Shown: positions 1-9,541 of the stretch, piece by piece | Position numbering within the stretch: position 1 is the first letter of the stretch | Layout of the letters: each line of letters opens with the position of its first letter | Assembly (NCBI GenBank): GCA_003228195.2 | Contig: QGNO01000004.1 | Coordinates: 1,267 to 65,266, forward strand | DNA length: 64,000 nucleotides | Direction of reading: 5' to 3' | DNA from: Chloroflexota bacterium | GTDB lineage: Bacteria; Chloroflexota; Dehalococcoidia; Lucifugimonadales; QGNO01 | The notes under the pieces: model-generated | The model's input: only the letters and a program-made list of their open reading frames with translations | What the model was told of the DNA's origin: nothing | The model's database searches: none | Program-made: the position numbers and the translations under genes

Positions 1-4
1 AGGA

Positions 5-1414
5 ATGGTCCAAGACCTGTTTTTAGAAGTAGCCACAGAAGCCGAACAGTTAGATTATCCCGTTATATACACATCAGGGCGTGACGGCTATGCAACATTT
101 AATCCAGAAGAACGCGGTGTTGATATGGATCCATTATTTAAGGCGATCATTGATGAAGTGCCGCCATTTACTGGGCAAGCCAATGGACCTCTTCAACTTC
201 AAGTGGCGGCGTTAGACTACGATAATCATATTGGGCAAATTGCTATCGGAAGAATACACCAAGGTCGCATAAATCAGGGCCAACCTATAATCCAAATTGA
301 TAATAACAACCAACAAACTCCTAACAGGATAGATCATTTGTTCGTTTTTCAGAACTTGGAACGAACTGAAGTCTCATCTGCTGGCGTCGGAGACATTGTC
401 GCAATAAGTGGAGTTCATAATGCCGCCATTGGTGATACGATCGCAGATCCATCTTCTCCAGAACCATTGCCACCGATTACCTTAGACGAACCAACTTTAA
501 CTATTACCATTGGTGTAAATACTTCGCCTTTCGCTGGTCGTGAAGGGAATTCTATTACTGCTCGTCAACTCCATGCCAGGTTGAAAAGAGAACTCCAGAC
601 AAACGTTAGCCTTAAGATAGAAACCACTACAAATGCAAGTGAATTCACTGTCATTGGTCGAGGTGAACTTCATTTAGGCGTGTTGCTGGAAACTTTAAGG
701 CGTGAAGGTTACGAAATCGAAGCGTCACGGCCACAGGCAGTAATAAAAACAATAGACAACAAAATTATGGAACCGTACGAACGCCTTTTTATCGACACAG
801 ATAAGAAATACATCGGCCCACTCACTGAGAATCTAGCTAAGCGTGCGGCTAGACTGGAAAGCATGCTCTCAGATCAACATGGATCTGTCCACTTAGAATT
901 CGCAATATCCACTCGCGGACTAATAGGTTTCCACAGTTACTTTATTCGCACCATTCATGGCGATGGCGTAATGAATACAGAATTCATCGGATATGAGCCA
1001 TTCACTGGTGACTTTCCGTCTATTAGGACTGGCGCTCTTGTCGCATCCGAAGATGGGATAGCTGTAACCAATGGACTAAGTAATGCTCAAGGTAGAGGAA
1101 ACACTTTTATAGATCCAGGTACAGCCGTTTATGAGGGGATGATAATCGGATCTCACCAAAGAGACAAAGACATAGTCATTAACGTTTGTAAAGAGAAGAA
1201 GAAAACCAATGTTCGATCATCAACCTCAGACATCGCAGTTCGACTGGCACCTCCTACTTTGCTGACCTTGGAGGAATCTTTAGACTTTATAGCCTCAGAC
1301 GAGCTTGTTGAAATTACACCACTCAATGTCAGGATGAGAAAAAGGCTTTTGGGCGCAACCGCTAGGAAACGTGGCATCCGTGACGAAACCAAGTCATCCG
1401 GATCATATAAATAG
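5..1414 (+). CDS. typA: Translational GTPase TypA/BipA, 5'-truncated by the window edge
   Basis: Motifs GRGELHL, NTSPFAGREG, VYEGMIIG, NVCKEKK.TNVRSS and DELVEITP are typical of BipA; the G1-G3 motifs lie upstream of the window. Confidence 0.95.
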   Translation: MVQDLFLEVATEAEQLDYPVIYTSGRDGYATFNPEERGVDMDPLFKAIIDEVPPFTGQANGPLQLQVAALDYDNHIGQIAIGRIHQGRINQGQPIIQIDNNNQQTPNRIDHLFVFQNLERTEVSSAGVGDIVAISGVHNAAIGDTIADPSSPEPLPPITLDEPTLTITIGVNTSPFAGREGNSITARQLHARLKRELQTNVSLKIETTTNASEFTVIGRGELHLGVLLETLRREGYEIEASRPQAVIKTIDNKIMEPYERLFIDTDKKYIGPLTENLAKRAARLESMLSDQHGSVHLEFAISTRGLIGFHSYFIRTIHGDGVMNTEFIGYEPFTGDFPSIRTGALVASEDGIAVTNGLSNAQGRGNTFIDPGTAVYEGMIIGSHQRDKDIVINVCKEKKKTNVRSSTSDIAVRLAPPTLLTLEESLDFIASDELVEITPLNVRMRKRLLGATARKRGIRDETKSSGSYK

Positions 1415-1484
1415 GACTCTCCACAGTATCAATGGATGCTAATCAGATAAACGGATCTAATCAGCTATGTATGTTAGCTCGAAT

Positions 1485-1498
1485 TGGTGCCGAAGCCC
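1485..1498 (-). repeat. Duplicated 3' end of tRNA-Leu (att-like direct repeat)
   Basis: TGGTGCCGAAGCCC is identical to 10095-10108, the last 14 nt including CCA of the minus-strand tRNA-Leu. Confidence 0.8.
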
Positions 1499-1561
1499 AA
1501 GAAAGGTAATAAGAGTAAGGAGAGCGAGTCCGACTTCGCAATCCAGACCCAAATGGCCTAA

Positions 1562-1984
1562 GTGAAGCGCAAGTATTGCGTCAAGGCAGGTGGACTCCGT
1601 AATAAGGAACCCCGATCAGGTCGAGCAGAACATTTCCGAATGAGCCAAGAAGCGAGCCTACTGGAACCGCGAATCAACCCTTACAATCGAGTGCCTGATT
1701 CGCTAGAAAATTATGCAACCACGAGAGAAGAGTACGCCGAAAAGGCCAAAATAGCTAAGAAAGATCAGAGAATTGTAAACGGCATCCAATCACAGCCGAT
1801 TTTCTATCGCGCAGGGAAAGAGTCCTTAAAAGAAGTGGCATTATGGGATATAGATAGAAAATTACTGGCCGAAAGGCAGAGTACCCTGATATTGTCCACG
1901 CTAAAGAGGTTGCAAACACGGGGATGCCAACTGACATTAAAGCCAAGTGACGGATCATTATATATACAGTTAACTACTATCTGA
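1562..1984 (+). CDS. Hypothetical protein, possibly an element remnant
   Basis: 140-aa ORF just inside the att-like repeat; no recognisable motif. Confidence 0.35.
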   Translation: MKRKYCVKAGGLRNKEPRSGRAEHFRMSQEASLLEPRINPYNRVPDSLENYATTREEYAEKAKIAKKDQRIVNGIQSQPIFYRAGKESLKEVALWDIDRKLLAERQSTLILSTLKRLQTRGCQLTLKPSDGSLYIQLTTI

Positions 1985-2071
1985 CATTCATATTAGACTG
2001 GTAGACAAGATGGTACTGATCAGAATAGGAGCAAGAACACTACAGCGGGGAATCTCCTGCGACGAAGGTGT

Positions 2072-2371
2072 TCAAAGATGTTGCGTGTTTGCCCGGTTCA
2101 CGATTTGAACGGCATATCCACAGACCTTGATCAGCTTCTCTTTCCTTGCCTTTGCCATTCTTTTTACTCTGTATTCCACCTTCAACGCCAGGCTCCTAGA
2201 TCCAAGTTTCTCTTTGAATACCAAACTTAAAGGCCCCCTGCCTTTGAGGTATCTTGATCCTGCATACCCTTCACTCTGGTGCTGGGCAAATCTGCGATCG
2301 ACATCGGTAGAGATGCCGGTGTAGAGGGTGTCATCACGACATCTTATGAGATATAAGTACCAGTCAGACAT
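2072..2371 (-). CDS. GIY-YIG nuclease family protein (UPF0213/YhbQ-like)
   Basis: WYLYLIRCRDDTLYTGISTDVDRRFAQH...RGP...ALKVEYRVK pattern. Confidence 0.9.
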   Translation of the reverse strand: MSDWYLYLIRCRDDTLYTGISTDVDRRFAQHQSEGYAGSRYLKGRGPLSLVFKEKLGSRSLALKVEYRVKRMAKARKEKLIKVCGYAVQIVNRANTQHL

Positions 2372-2377
2372 TGGGGT

Positions 2378-4264
2378 TCAATTGTTCTCGCCATCTAGCC
2401 GAATTTGTTCCAGTTTTTCCCAATGGGCGTAGGAATCCTCCAGCAGCTTCTTCACTGCCTCCAGCCTATCGTTGGCAGCAACAATGTCAGCCTTGTCCTT
2501 CTTGTAGAATCCTGGGTCTCCCATAGCTTGGAACAAGTCATCCTGTTCTCTTTCAAGGCGCTCAATGATATCCGGCAGTGCAGCCAGTTCCTGTTTCTGC
2601 TTGAACCCAAGTTTAAGTCTTGCAATGGGTGTCTGAGCCAGTAGGACGTCTTGTTTCCTGAAAGATGCCTTCCTCGGCTTTGCATCCTGTGGACGCTGCC
2701 GCAGCCAGTCATCATACCCGCCCACGTATTCTTTCACGACGGATTCGCCTTCAAAGACGAGCGTGCTCGTCACGATGTTGTTGATGAGCGTCCTATCATG
2801 ACTGACGAGGAGAATCGTTCCTGCGTAACTCATCAAGAGGTCTTCAAGAAGGTCAAGTGTCTCCACGTCAAGGTCGTTGGTGGGTTCATCCAGGACAAGG
2901 AGATTGGATGGCAGCGTGAAAAGACGGGCGAGCATGAGGCGGTTACGCTCCCCGCCGGAAAGAACAGAGACAAGAGAGCGAGTTTGTTCTGGGGAAAAAA
3001 GAAAATCTTGCAAATAGCCTACAATGTGACGAGTCTTCCCATTAACTGTAACTGTATCCGTGCCATGGCCGACGTTTTCTATGGCGGTCTTGTTCTCGTC
3101 CAATTGCTCAAGGAGTTGGTCGAAGTAGCTGATTTGCAAACTGGCGCCAAGGCGGATTGTTCCAGTTTCCGGACTGAGCATTCCAAGAAGAATGCGCAAG
3201 AGGGTTGTCTTGCCGCTGCCGTTGGGGCCCAAAATGCCAATCCTGTCGCCTTTCAGAATCGTGGTAGAAAACTTTGAGATTATCTGAGTGTCGCCATAAT
3301 TGAAACTAATGTTGTCTGCCTTTGCTACCAACGCTCCAGAACGTTCGGCCTCGTGGACTTCCATCTTAACCGTCCCTGGCCGTTCCCGTCTGGACCGGCG
3401 AATCTCGCGCATTCTTTCCAGTTCTCTCACCCTGCCCTCGTTGCGCGTCCGTCTCGCTTTGATGCCTCCACGAACCCAATGCTCTTCCTGTTGAAGCTTC
3501 TTGTCGAATAGCGCGTTTTGCGTCTCTTCTGTCTTGCGTTCCACGCTGCGCCGTACCAGAAATGTCTCATAATCGCCGACCTGATCAAACAGTCTGCCTC
3601 GATCGATTTCCACGATGCGGGTGGCGATTCTCTGCAGGAACATCCGGTCGTGGGTAACAAAGATCAAGGCGCCTGCAAACCGAACCATCATCTTTTCCAA
3701 CTCTTTGATGGAATCAATATCCATGTGGTTGGTCGGTTCATCAAGTAGGAGGATTTCCGGCTCTCCAGCAAGCGCCCTTTTCAAGAGCACTTGGCGCTTA
3801 AGCCCGGCGGAAAGGGAATTGAAAGCACGGCCAGCATCCACCCCAAGTTGCGAGAGCATTTTGCTGAGATACCATTCACCCTCCATCTCAAGGGTACCGT
3901 GAGTGCGGTCCGATTTGTCAGCCATAGGCATCGTGTCTTCGTCCAGCAATCCGGCAAATCTTTGCTTTGCGACCAAGTCAGTGTATTGTCTGATTCCGCT
4001 AGCGACTACATCGAACGCACTCCCTGGCATATCATCGGGCACTTGTTGTGAAAGATAGGCTATATGGGCGCCTTTCAGGGCTGAAACAGTGCCGGAGTCC
4101 GGTTTGAGGCTTCCCTCTATCAATCGCAGAAGAGTTGATTTACCGGACCCGTTCCTGCCTACTAAGCCAATTCTTTCTCTCCGTTCAACTGTCAAATCAA
4201 TTCCGTCGAAGAGTGGGCCACCGCCAAAGGAAAGTGATATGCCATGCATACTTATGAAGACCAT
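2378..4264 (-). CDS. uup: ABC-F family ATPase Uup
   Basis: Two ABC domains (GRNGSGKST, LLLDEPTNH; GPNGSGKTT, LSGGERNRL, LDEPTNDLD), KARRTRNEGRVR linker and a C-terminal coiled coil. Confidence 0.92.
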   Translation of the reverse strand: MVFISMHGISLSFGGGPLFDGIDLTVERRERIGLVGRNGSGKSTLLRLIEGSLKPDSGTVSALKGAHIAYLSQQVPDDMPGSAFDVVASGIRQYTDLVAKQRFAGLLDEDTMPMADKSDRTHGTLEMEGEWYLSKMLSQLGVDAGRAFNSLSAGLKRQVLLKRALAGEPEILLLDEPTNHMDIDSIKELEKMMVRFAGALIFVTHDRMFLQRIATRIVEIDRGRLFDQVGDYETFLVRRSVERKTEETQNALFDKKLQQEEHWVRGGIKARRTRNEGRVRELERMREIRRSRRERPGTVKMEVHEAERSGALVAKADNISFNYGDTQIISKFSTTILKGDRIGILGPNGSGKTTLLRILLGMLSPETGTIRLGASLQISYFDQLLEQLDENKTAIENVGHGTDTVTVNGKTRHIVGYLQDFLFSPEQTRSLVSVLSGGERNRLMLARLFTLPSNLLVLDEPTNDLDVETLDLLEDLLMSYAGTILLVSHDRTLINNIVTSTLVFEGESVVKEYVGGYDDWLRQRPQDAKPRKASFRKQDVLLAQTPIARLKLGFKQKQELAALPDIIERLEREQDDLFQAMGDPGFYKKDKADIVAANDRLEAVKKLLEDSYAHWEKLEQIRLDGENN

Positions 4265-4273
4265 GAGTGGAAA

Positions 4274-4474
4274 CTACCTCGCTGCCGTTATTTTCTTGAC
4301 CCGACCCACTTGACCGCTTTCCAACCGGACCTTTATGCCGTGAGTGTGAATTGGTGAGTTTGTCAAAATGGCTTCAACTATCCCTTCGGTTAGTTTTCCG
4401 GTTCGCTGGTCTTCTTTCATAACTATTGAGACGCGCAAACCTCGTCTTATATTGGCGCGTTCTGTGCCTGCCAT
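4274..4474 (-). CDS. YwbE family protein (DUF2196)
   Basis: KEDQRTGKLTEGIV..ILTNS..HTHGIKVRLESGQVGRV signature; start placed at the internal ATG (MAGTER). Confidence 0.85.
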   Translation of the reverse strand: MAGTERANIRRGLRVSIVMKEDQRTGKLTEGIVEAILTNSPIHTHGIKVRLESGQVGRVKKITAAR

Positions 4475-4594
4475 ATTGGGCAATCTACCTTTCTTATTAC
4501 TACGTTGTGGCACAGTTCGTAAGGAAATAGCAAAAGGAAGCCACGAACTAGTATCGAGGTTCTCCTCGATAACAAAATGTATTCAACCCAAGTC

Positions 4595-5830
4595 CTAATT
4601 CAGGCTTGAATAAGCCTCCTCACCATGCTGCGTTATGTCTAATCCTGAATCTTCATCTTCCGGGCTGACCCGGATACCCACTGTACACTTCAGGACATAC
4701 AAGATCACTAGTGTCCAGACAAAGGACCAGCCCGCTGCTACTCCTATGGCTCCCAACTGCCGAATGATTTGTCCCACACGATCAATTCCTGGTAGAACAT
4801 GGGCGGAAAACTCCAAGAAGCCGACCCCTGCGAACAGGCCGGCTGCTATCATGCCTATGATCCCGCCAACGCCGTGAATGGCAAAGACGTCCAGTGAATC
4901 GTCCAGTTGAGTTCTATTCTTAAGTTCAACCATCAAGTAACACACACTTCCTGCTGCCAATCCGATTAGAAGCGCAGGCATTGGCCCGACGAACCCAGAA
5001 GCCGGTGTAATAGTAGCCAGCCCTGCGACAGCTCCAGTAGCCGCACCAACACCGCCGATCTTCCCTTTACGAGCATAGTCGATGCCAATCCATGTAAGAG
5101 CCGCGGTGGCAGCTGCAATGTTGGTTACCACGAAGGCGGACGTTGCACTACCCCCAGCCGTCAGCGCGCTTCCTGCGTTGAATCCAAACCATCCAAACCA
5201 GAGCAGAGCAGCTCCAATGATGACGAAAGGTATGTTATGAGGCTGCATAGGCTCAGATCCTAGATTTCGGCGCTTACCAAAGACTAGGGCTGCGGCTAAA
5301 GCAGCGACCCCAGAACTGATGTGGACAACCGAGCCACCGGCGAAATCTAAAGCTCCCCATCCTGACAACCCAAGCCAGCCACCAGCCCCCCAAACCCAGT
5401 GAGCAAGCGGTGCATACACTACGGTGGACCAGACGACAATGAAAATCATCAAAGTTGTGAACTTTACTCGTTCGGCGAAGGCCCCAGTAATGAGAGCTGG
5501 CGTGATGATGGCAAACATCGCTTGGAATATCATGAAAGTTTGGTGGGGTATGCCATCAGCATATGGACCGGCTTCAATGGCAGAAACTCCCCGGAGTCCA
5601 ATGTAGTCCAAATTACCGATGAAGCCACCGATGGATGGACCAAAGGCCAACGTATATCCCCACAGGACCCAAACAACACAACCCAGCGCAATAGCAATGA
5701 AACTATGCATGATAGTGGACAATGCATTTTTAGATCGAACCAACCCTGCGTAAAACAAGGCTAGACCGGGTAGCATAATGAACACCAATGCCGAGGATGC
5801 CAACACCCACGCAGTATCGCCACTATTCAG
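4595..5830 (-). CDS. amtB: Ammonium transporter (Amt family), probable CTG start
   Basis: PGLALFYAG, FQAMFAIIT, DFAGGSVVH, WFGWFGFNAGS and DDSLDVFAIHG (twin His intact); the frame extends to (L)NSGDTAWV, 6 nt behind AAGGAGG. Confidence 0.93.
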   Translation of the reverse strand: MNSGDTAWVLASSALVFIMLPGLALFYAGLVRSKNALSTIMHSFIAIALGCVVWVLWGYTLAFGPSIGGFIGNLDYIGLRGVSAIEAGPYADGIPHQTFMIFQAMFAIITPALITGAFAERVKFTTLMIFIVVWSTVVYAPLAHWVWGAGGWLGLSGWGALDFAGGSVVHISSGVAALAAALVFGKRRNLGSEPMQPHNIPFVIIGAALLWFGWFGFNAGSALTAGGSATSAFVVTNIAAATAALTWIGIDYARKGKIGGVGAATGAVAGLATITPASGFVGPMPALLIGLAAGSVCYLMVELKNRTQLDDSLDVFAIHGVGGIIGMIAAGLFAGVGFLEFSAHVLPGIDRVGQIIRQLGAIGVAAGWSFVWTLVILYVLKCTVGIRVSPEDEDSGLDITQHGEEAYSSLN

Positions 5831-5928
5831 GTAAAACCTCCTTGGTATGCCGTGGAACCAGCCAATTTACAACGATTCCTTTTTCAGTCTTTAGCAGCAA
5901 CAGAAACCAAGCTAGGCAGAATGCCAGC

Positions 5929-5957
5929 ATCCTATGTGGGAACCCTAATCCTGTCAA
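5929..5957 (-). promoter_or_regulatory. Sigma70-type promoter for amt
   Basis: Minus strand TTGACA-N17-TAGGAT. Confidence 0.55.
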
Positions 5958-6161
5958 TGAGGGAAGTAGTAGGAGTCAGGTAAAAGTTGAACTAGTCTGC
6001 CGAAATCTACATGCAGTAAGGTTAATATCTAGAGGGCCTGTTTTGACATAATGGTTAAATTAGTGGGTGACCGGTATGGCTTCCGATTTGTCGCTGGTAT
6101 CTGTTTACCACTGCCGATTTATAATGTTCATAAGGATTTAATGATACTCTGTAGCTATGGA

Positions 6162-6236
6162 TCACTGGTTCGAGCCTATTATCGCCCACCAACTTTTTAG
6201 CCACGGATTTGCCCTCTGGCACAAAATCGGAAAGCT
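6162..6236 (+). repeat. Degenerate tRNA-Val-like 3' fragment plus ~45 bp flank (copy 1)
   Basis: TCACTGGTTCGAGCCTATTATCGCCCACCA followed by TTTTTAGCCACGGATTTGCCCTCTGGCA; closely similar to 9990-10064. Confidence 0.75.
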
Positions 6237-6463
6237 ATCGCTTTAGCCACTTACAGCAATATTTACGGCAACGCTCCCTGACATTGATTTACATGAGGAG
6301 ACAGATCAGGTATAAATCTCTTGAGGGGGGACTTGGTTTATACTTGAAACCAGCATCCCATACTTATGGAGTGGAGAGAGTCGGCAGTTCTAATCGACTC
6401 GACCCACCCCGCCCATTTAACTTAAGTTCGACACTAGGTCTATTTGTAAGGAGGATCTAAAGC

Positions 6464-6988
6464 ATGGCTTCTGAAGGCGCTCATAGCATATTAGGTAGGA
6501 TCATCGGGGCTGCTCGTCTTGACGCCCACATATTCGAAGAGGTAGAGGCTGACAAATCGGCGACAAGGCAGGCCCTTTTGGTGGTTGCCCTTGTTGCCTT
6601 GTCGACCGGGATAGCATCCGCGGGCACCGGTGGAGTTGGCGGCATCGTCGCAGGAATTATCGTCGCTATCGCTGGGTGGGCGATTTGGGCTTGGGTAGTG
6701 TATCTCATCGGCACGAAGATACTTCCAGCACATGAGACTCATGCAGACTGGGGGCAGCTGGCACGTACGCTCGGCTTTGCTCAGTCTCCTGGCATCTTGA
6801 GAGTGTTGGGGGCAGTACCTGTCGCAGGTGACATTATCTTCTTGGTCGTGTCTCTCTGGATGTTCGTGGCAATGGTAATAGCCGTACGCCAGGCATTGGA
6901 CTACACATCAACGGCGCGCGCGATTGGGGTAGTCTTGTTAGGCTTCATTCCCTACGCAATACTCCTGTTCATTACTCCCGGCATTTAG
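6464..6988 (+). CDS. YIP1 family membrane protein
   Basis: FEEVEAD..ATRQA, RTLGFAQSPG and VIAVRQALDY with several TM segments; SD AAGGAGG. Confidence 0.8.
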   Translation: MASEGAHSILGRIIGAARLDAHIFEEVEADKSATRQALLVVALVALSTGIASAGTGGVGGIVAGIIVAIAGWAIWAWVVYLIGTKILPAHETHADWGQLARTLGFAQSPGILRVLGAVPVAGDIIFLVVSLWMFVAMVIAVRQALDYTSTARAIGVVLLGFIPYAILLFITPGI

Positions 6989-7023
6989 AATGCCTAAGGG
7001 TGAATAACATCTCAAAGTAGAGG

Positions 7024-7539
7024 TTGGTTCAGTGGCTTGAAGAGGTTCTGAGCGTAAGAACTTTCTGGGAAGGAGCCGCCTCGGCTGGGCCAATAAGTCC
7101 ACCTTTTCCCACCGGCACAGTCCTTGGCGCCACTGAAGGAGGTTTTGACATATACGTCGTACCGAAGGATAGCCCACCTCTGAAGACAGCGCACCCGCAA
7201 TGGAGTGTATTGGATGAGATCCAAGACGTCACTCTCTTGCTAGCTTCACCCAAGGAGCAACAGGGAGCAGTTCATTTAACCATCGGGATACCTGGCCACC
7301 AGTTGGACAGTGGAACCGTCGATTTGATCAATGGTTGGGCTAAGGTTGTCTATGCACCTCTTGCTTTGAGAACGACGTTTCCCAATATCGATGTCCATGG
7401 TCGTACAGGGGTTTTCCCAGGCTTGACGGACACTGTTTGGATCAACGTATTCCTTGAGGCCGACGGCGGCGGTTTCTACGCCCGCCAGTTCACGCTACAA
7501 GGTCCAGATCTGTTGATCCCTCCCCAAGAAACAGAATAG
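7024..7539 (+). CDS. Hypothetical protein
   Basis: 171-aa ORF co-directional with the YIP1 gene; no recognised motif; start uncertain. Confidence 0.5.
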   Translation: MVQWLEEVLSVRTFWEGAASAGPISPPFPTGTVLGATEGGFDIYVVPKDSPPLKTAHPQWSVLDEIQDVTLLLASPKEQQGAVHLTIGIPGHQLDSGTVDLINGWAKVVYAPLALRTTFPNIDVHGRTGVFPGLTDTVWINVFLEADGGGFYARQFTLQGPDLLIPPQETE

Positions 7540-7845
7540 CGATTCGTCACCGTTATCTACATATCCTTGCCAGTTCATAATGCGCGGAAGGAGCTCACTA
7601 TAATTTACAGCAGTTTGTTGGCTGAGAAGTTGCTACTATTCAGCCATGTGACTCCTAACGGACAGTGATTTTACTAGTAATACCTCTGACAGGTTATAAT
7701 GCGGGAAAGGAATTAATTCATGAAACTACTCTTACGAGAAATCAGTGGGATAAAACAACAAATCCTTGAACAGACAAGAATGCTTGATGAGGGCACGAAC
7801 GGATGAATGGTGATGCTACGAAACTCCTGAACACAGGAACGGCTT

Positions 7846-8046
7846 TTGAGTAAAAGTGTTTTCCACGCCAAGTTAAAATTGCTTGACAGTGAATTGCAAA
7901 CAGAAGGATGTAGGCACACGAATCCAGACCACTGTGCTAATCACTCCCTCGTGGGCGTGTGTGCCTTTGTGAGGGAGGACGGTATTTGTCATAAACCCCC
8001 AAAATCTTGGTCAAAACAGTTCCAAAAGCTTAGGGAAAGCGCATGA
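7846..8046 (+). CDS. Small Cys/His-rich hypothetical protein
   Basis: GCRHTNPDHC..HSL..VCAFVREDGICHKPP.SW..QF: four Cys plus His, a possible metal-binding domain. Confidence 0.65.
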   Translation: MSKSVFHAKLKLLDSELQTEGCRHTNPDHCANHSLVGVCAFVREDGICHKPPKSWSKQFQKLRESA

Positions 8047-8102
8047 CTCCCAACATAGGAGATATGACTCAGAAGGAACTGCTATCTAAGCTTATACCAC
8101 TA

Positions 8103-8133
8103 CTTCTCCTCACCGCATCTTCTCCTCACCGCA
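8103..8133 (+). repeat. Tandem 15-bp direct repeat
   Basis: CTTCTCCTCACCGCA at 8103-8117 and 8119-8133. Confidence 0.9.
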
Positions 8134-8175
8134 AGTGCTCAATATAACAATATTCGGGGAACAGCAGCTACAGGT

Positions 8176-8201
8176 TTAAGTATGAAACTTAAGTATGCAA
8201 C
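8176..8201 (+). repeat. Tandem 13-bp imperfect direct repeat
   Basis: TTAAGTATGAAAC / TTAAGTATGCAAC, just upstream of the tRNA-Ala fragment. Confidence 0.75.
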
Positions 8202-8216
8202 CTTACTCTAGTCTGG

Positions 8217-8262
8217 GCTTTGCAAGCAGGAGTCAGGGATTCGAGTCCCCTAAGCTCCACCA
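8217..8262 (+). repeat. Degenerate 3' half of tRNA-Ala(TGC)
   Basis: GCTTTGCAAGCAGGAGTCAGGGATTCGAGTCCCCTAAGCTCCACCA: anticodon loop TTTGCAA, T-loop TTCGAGT, acceptor strand GCTCCACCA; no 5' half. Confidence 0.8.
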
Positions 8263-8278
8263 CAAAATTTAGATATGG

Positions 8279-9541
8279 ATGTACCTAATGACTAACAGTA
8301 AGTCCTCCAACGGTCGGAAAGCTGTCGTTTCTTGGGCCATATACGATTTAGCGAATACCATTTTTTCACTGAATATAGTATCCATCCATTTCGGATTATG
8401 GGTGGTCAATGAAATGGGTGGGAATGACTCCATTTATGGGTACGCTAACATAGCCTCGATGTTGCTTGTCCTGATCACCGCACCAATGCTCGGTGCCATG
8501 TCTGATCAATCTGGCCGGCGTATCCCATTTTTGGCCACCACTACTTGCTGCTGTGTATTTTTGACCGTCTTTTTGGGAGTCGGAGGGCTTCTCCCTTCCT
8601 TAGTTATTTTCATAGGAGCAAATTATATGTTTCAGTCGGGTCTCATATTCTACGATGCTCTACTCCCAACAGTATCTACTGAACGGAATCGCGGAAAAAT
8701 TGGGAGCTTCGGAGTAGGCGTAGGATACTTGGGATCCTTGCTAGGAGCTACCAGCGGCATTTTATTACTTGATAGCATAGGCCACATTGGGATGTTTAAA
8801 GTATCGGCTCTGTTATTCCTAGTCTTCTCCATACCATGTTTTGTTTTCGTAAACGAAAATGGCTCCTCCAAGTATTTGGGGTCAAGATTGAAAGCACTAC
8901 GTGGTTCCGTCAACCAGCTAATCAAAACCCTAGGAAGAACACGTATATATCCAGGGCTATCCCGTTTTTTGTTTGGCCGAATATTTTATGCCGATGCAGT
9001 GAATACCTTGATGATTTTCATGGGAATATATGTGACCAACGAACTCGGTCTCACAGATTCGGAATTTCAGCTCATTTTGATGGTAGCTATTATTTCGTCG
9101 ATCATAGGTGCTTTTTTTTGGGGAATTGTAGTTGATTCGATAGGTCCTAAGCGATCTCTAAACTTAGTTCTTTACCTGTGGATAATAGTTCTTGGAGGAG
9201 TTGCTGCTATTCCGCTACTGAATCTCCCAATAATAGTCATGTGGATCAGTGCGTCTTTAGCTGGCATTGCTATAGGTGGCACGTGGTGTGCGGATCGTCC
9301 TTACTTATTGCGTCTAGTGCCACCTCAACATGTAGGGGAATTCTTTGGTGTTTACAGTATGGTAGGCAGATTCGCAAGCATAATAGGCCCACTTGTATGG
9401 GTTGTGGTTGCTGATACTCTAGGGTTTGGTCGACCAATTGCAGTGCTGACATTGGTTATTTTCATAATGATCTCCTATGTAATTCTGCAGGGCGTCGACG
9501 ATCAACCACGCATATGGGACTTGAATGCATCAAATACTTAG
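8279..9541 (+). CDS. MFS transporter (UMF1/ATG22-like)
   Basis: SWAIYDLANT, FYDALLP, GYLG and GEFFGVYSMVGRFASIIGP; about 12 TM segments. Confidence 0.88.
   Translation: MYLMTNSKSSNGRKAVVSWAIYDLANTIFSLNIVSIHFGLWVVNEMGGNDSIYGYANIASMLLVLITAPMLGAMSDQSGRRIPFLATTTCCCVFLTVFLGVGGLLPSLVIFIGANYMFQSGLIFYDALLPTVSTERNRGKIGSFGVGVGYLGSLLGATSGILLLDSIGHIGMFKVSALLFLVFSIPCFVFVNENGSSKYLGSRLKALRGSVNQLIKTLGRTRIYPGLSRFLFGRIFYADAVNTLMIFMGIYVTNELGLTDSEFQLILMVAIISSIIGAFFWGIVVDSIGPKRSLNLVLYLWIIVLGGVAAIPLLNLPIIVMWISASLAGIAIGGTWCADRPYLLRLVPPQHVGEFFGVYSMVGRFASIIGPLVWVVVADTLGFGRPIAVLTLVIFIMISYVILQGVDDQPRIWDLNASNT

Noticed and set aside
6370-6410. Possible further tRNA 3' fragment (GAGAGTCGGCAGTTCTAATCGACTCGACCCACC)
   Set aside because: The T-stem does not pair and there is no CCA; too degenerate to call by eye
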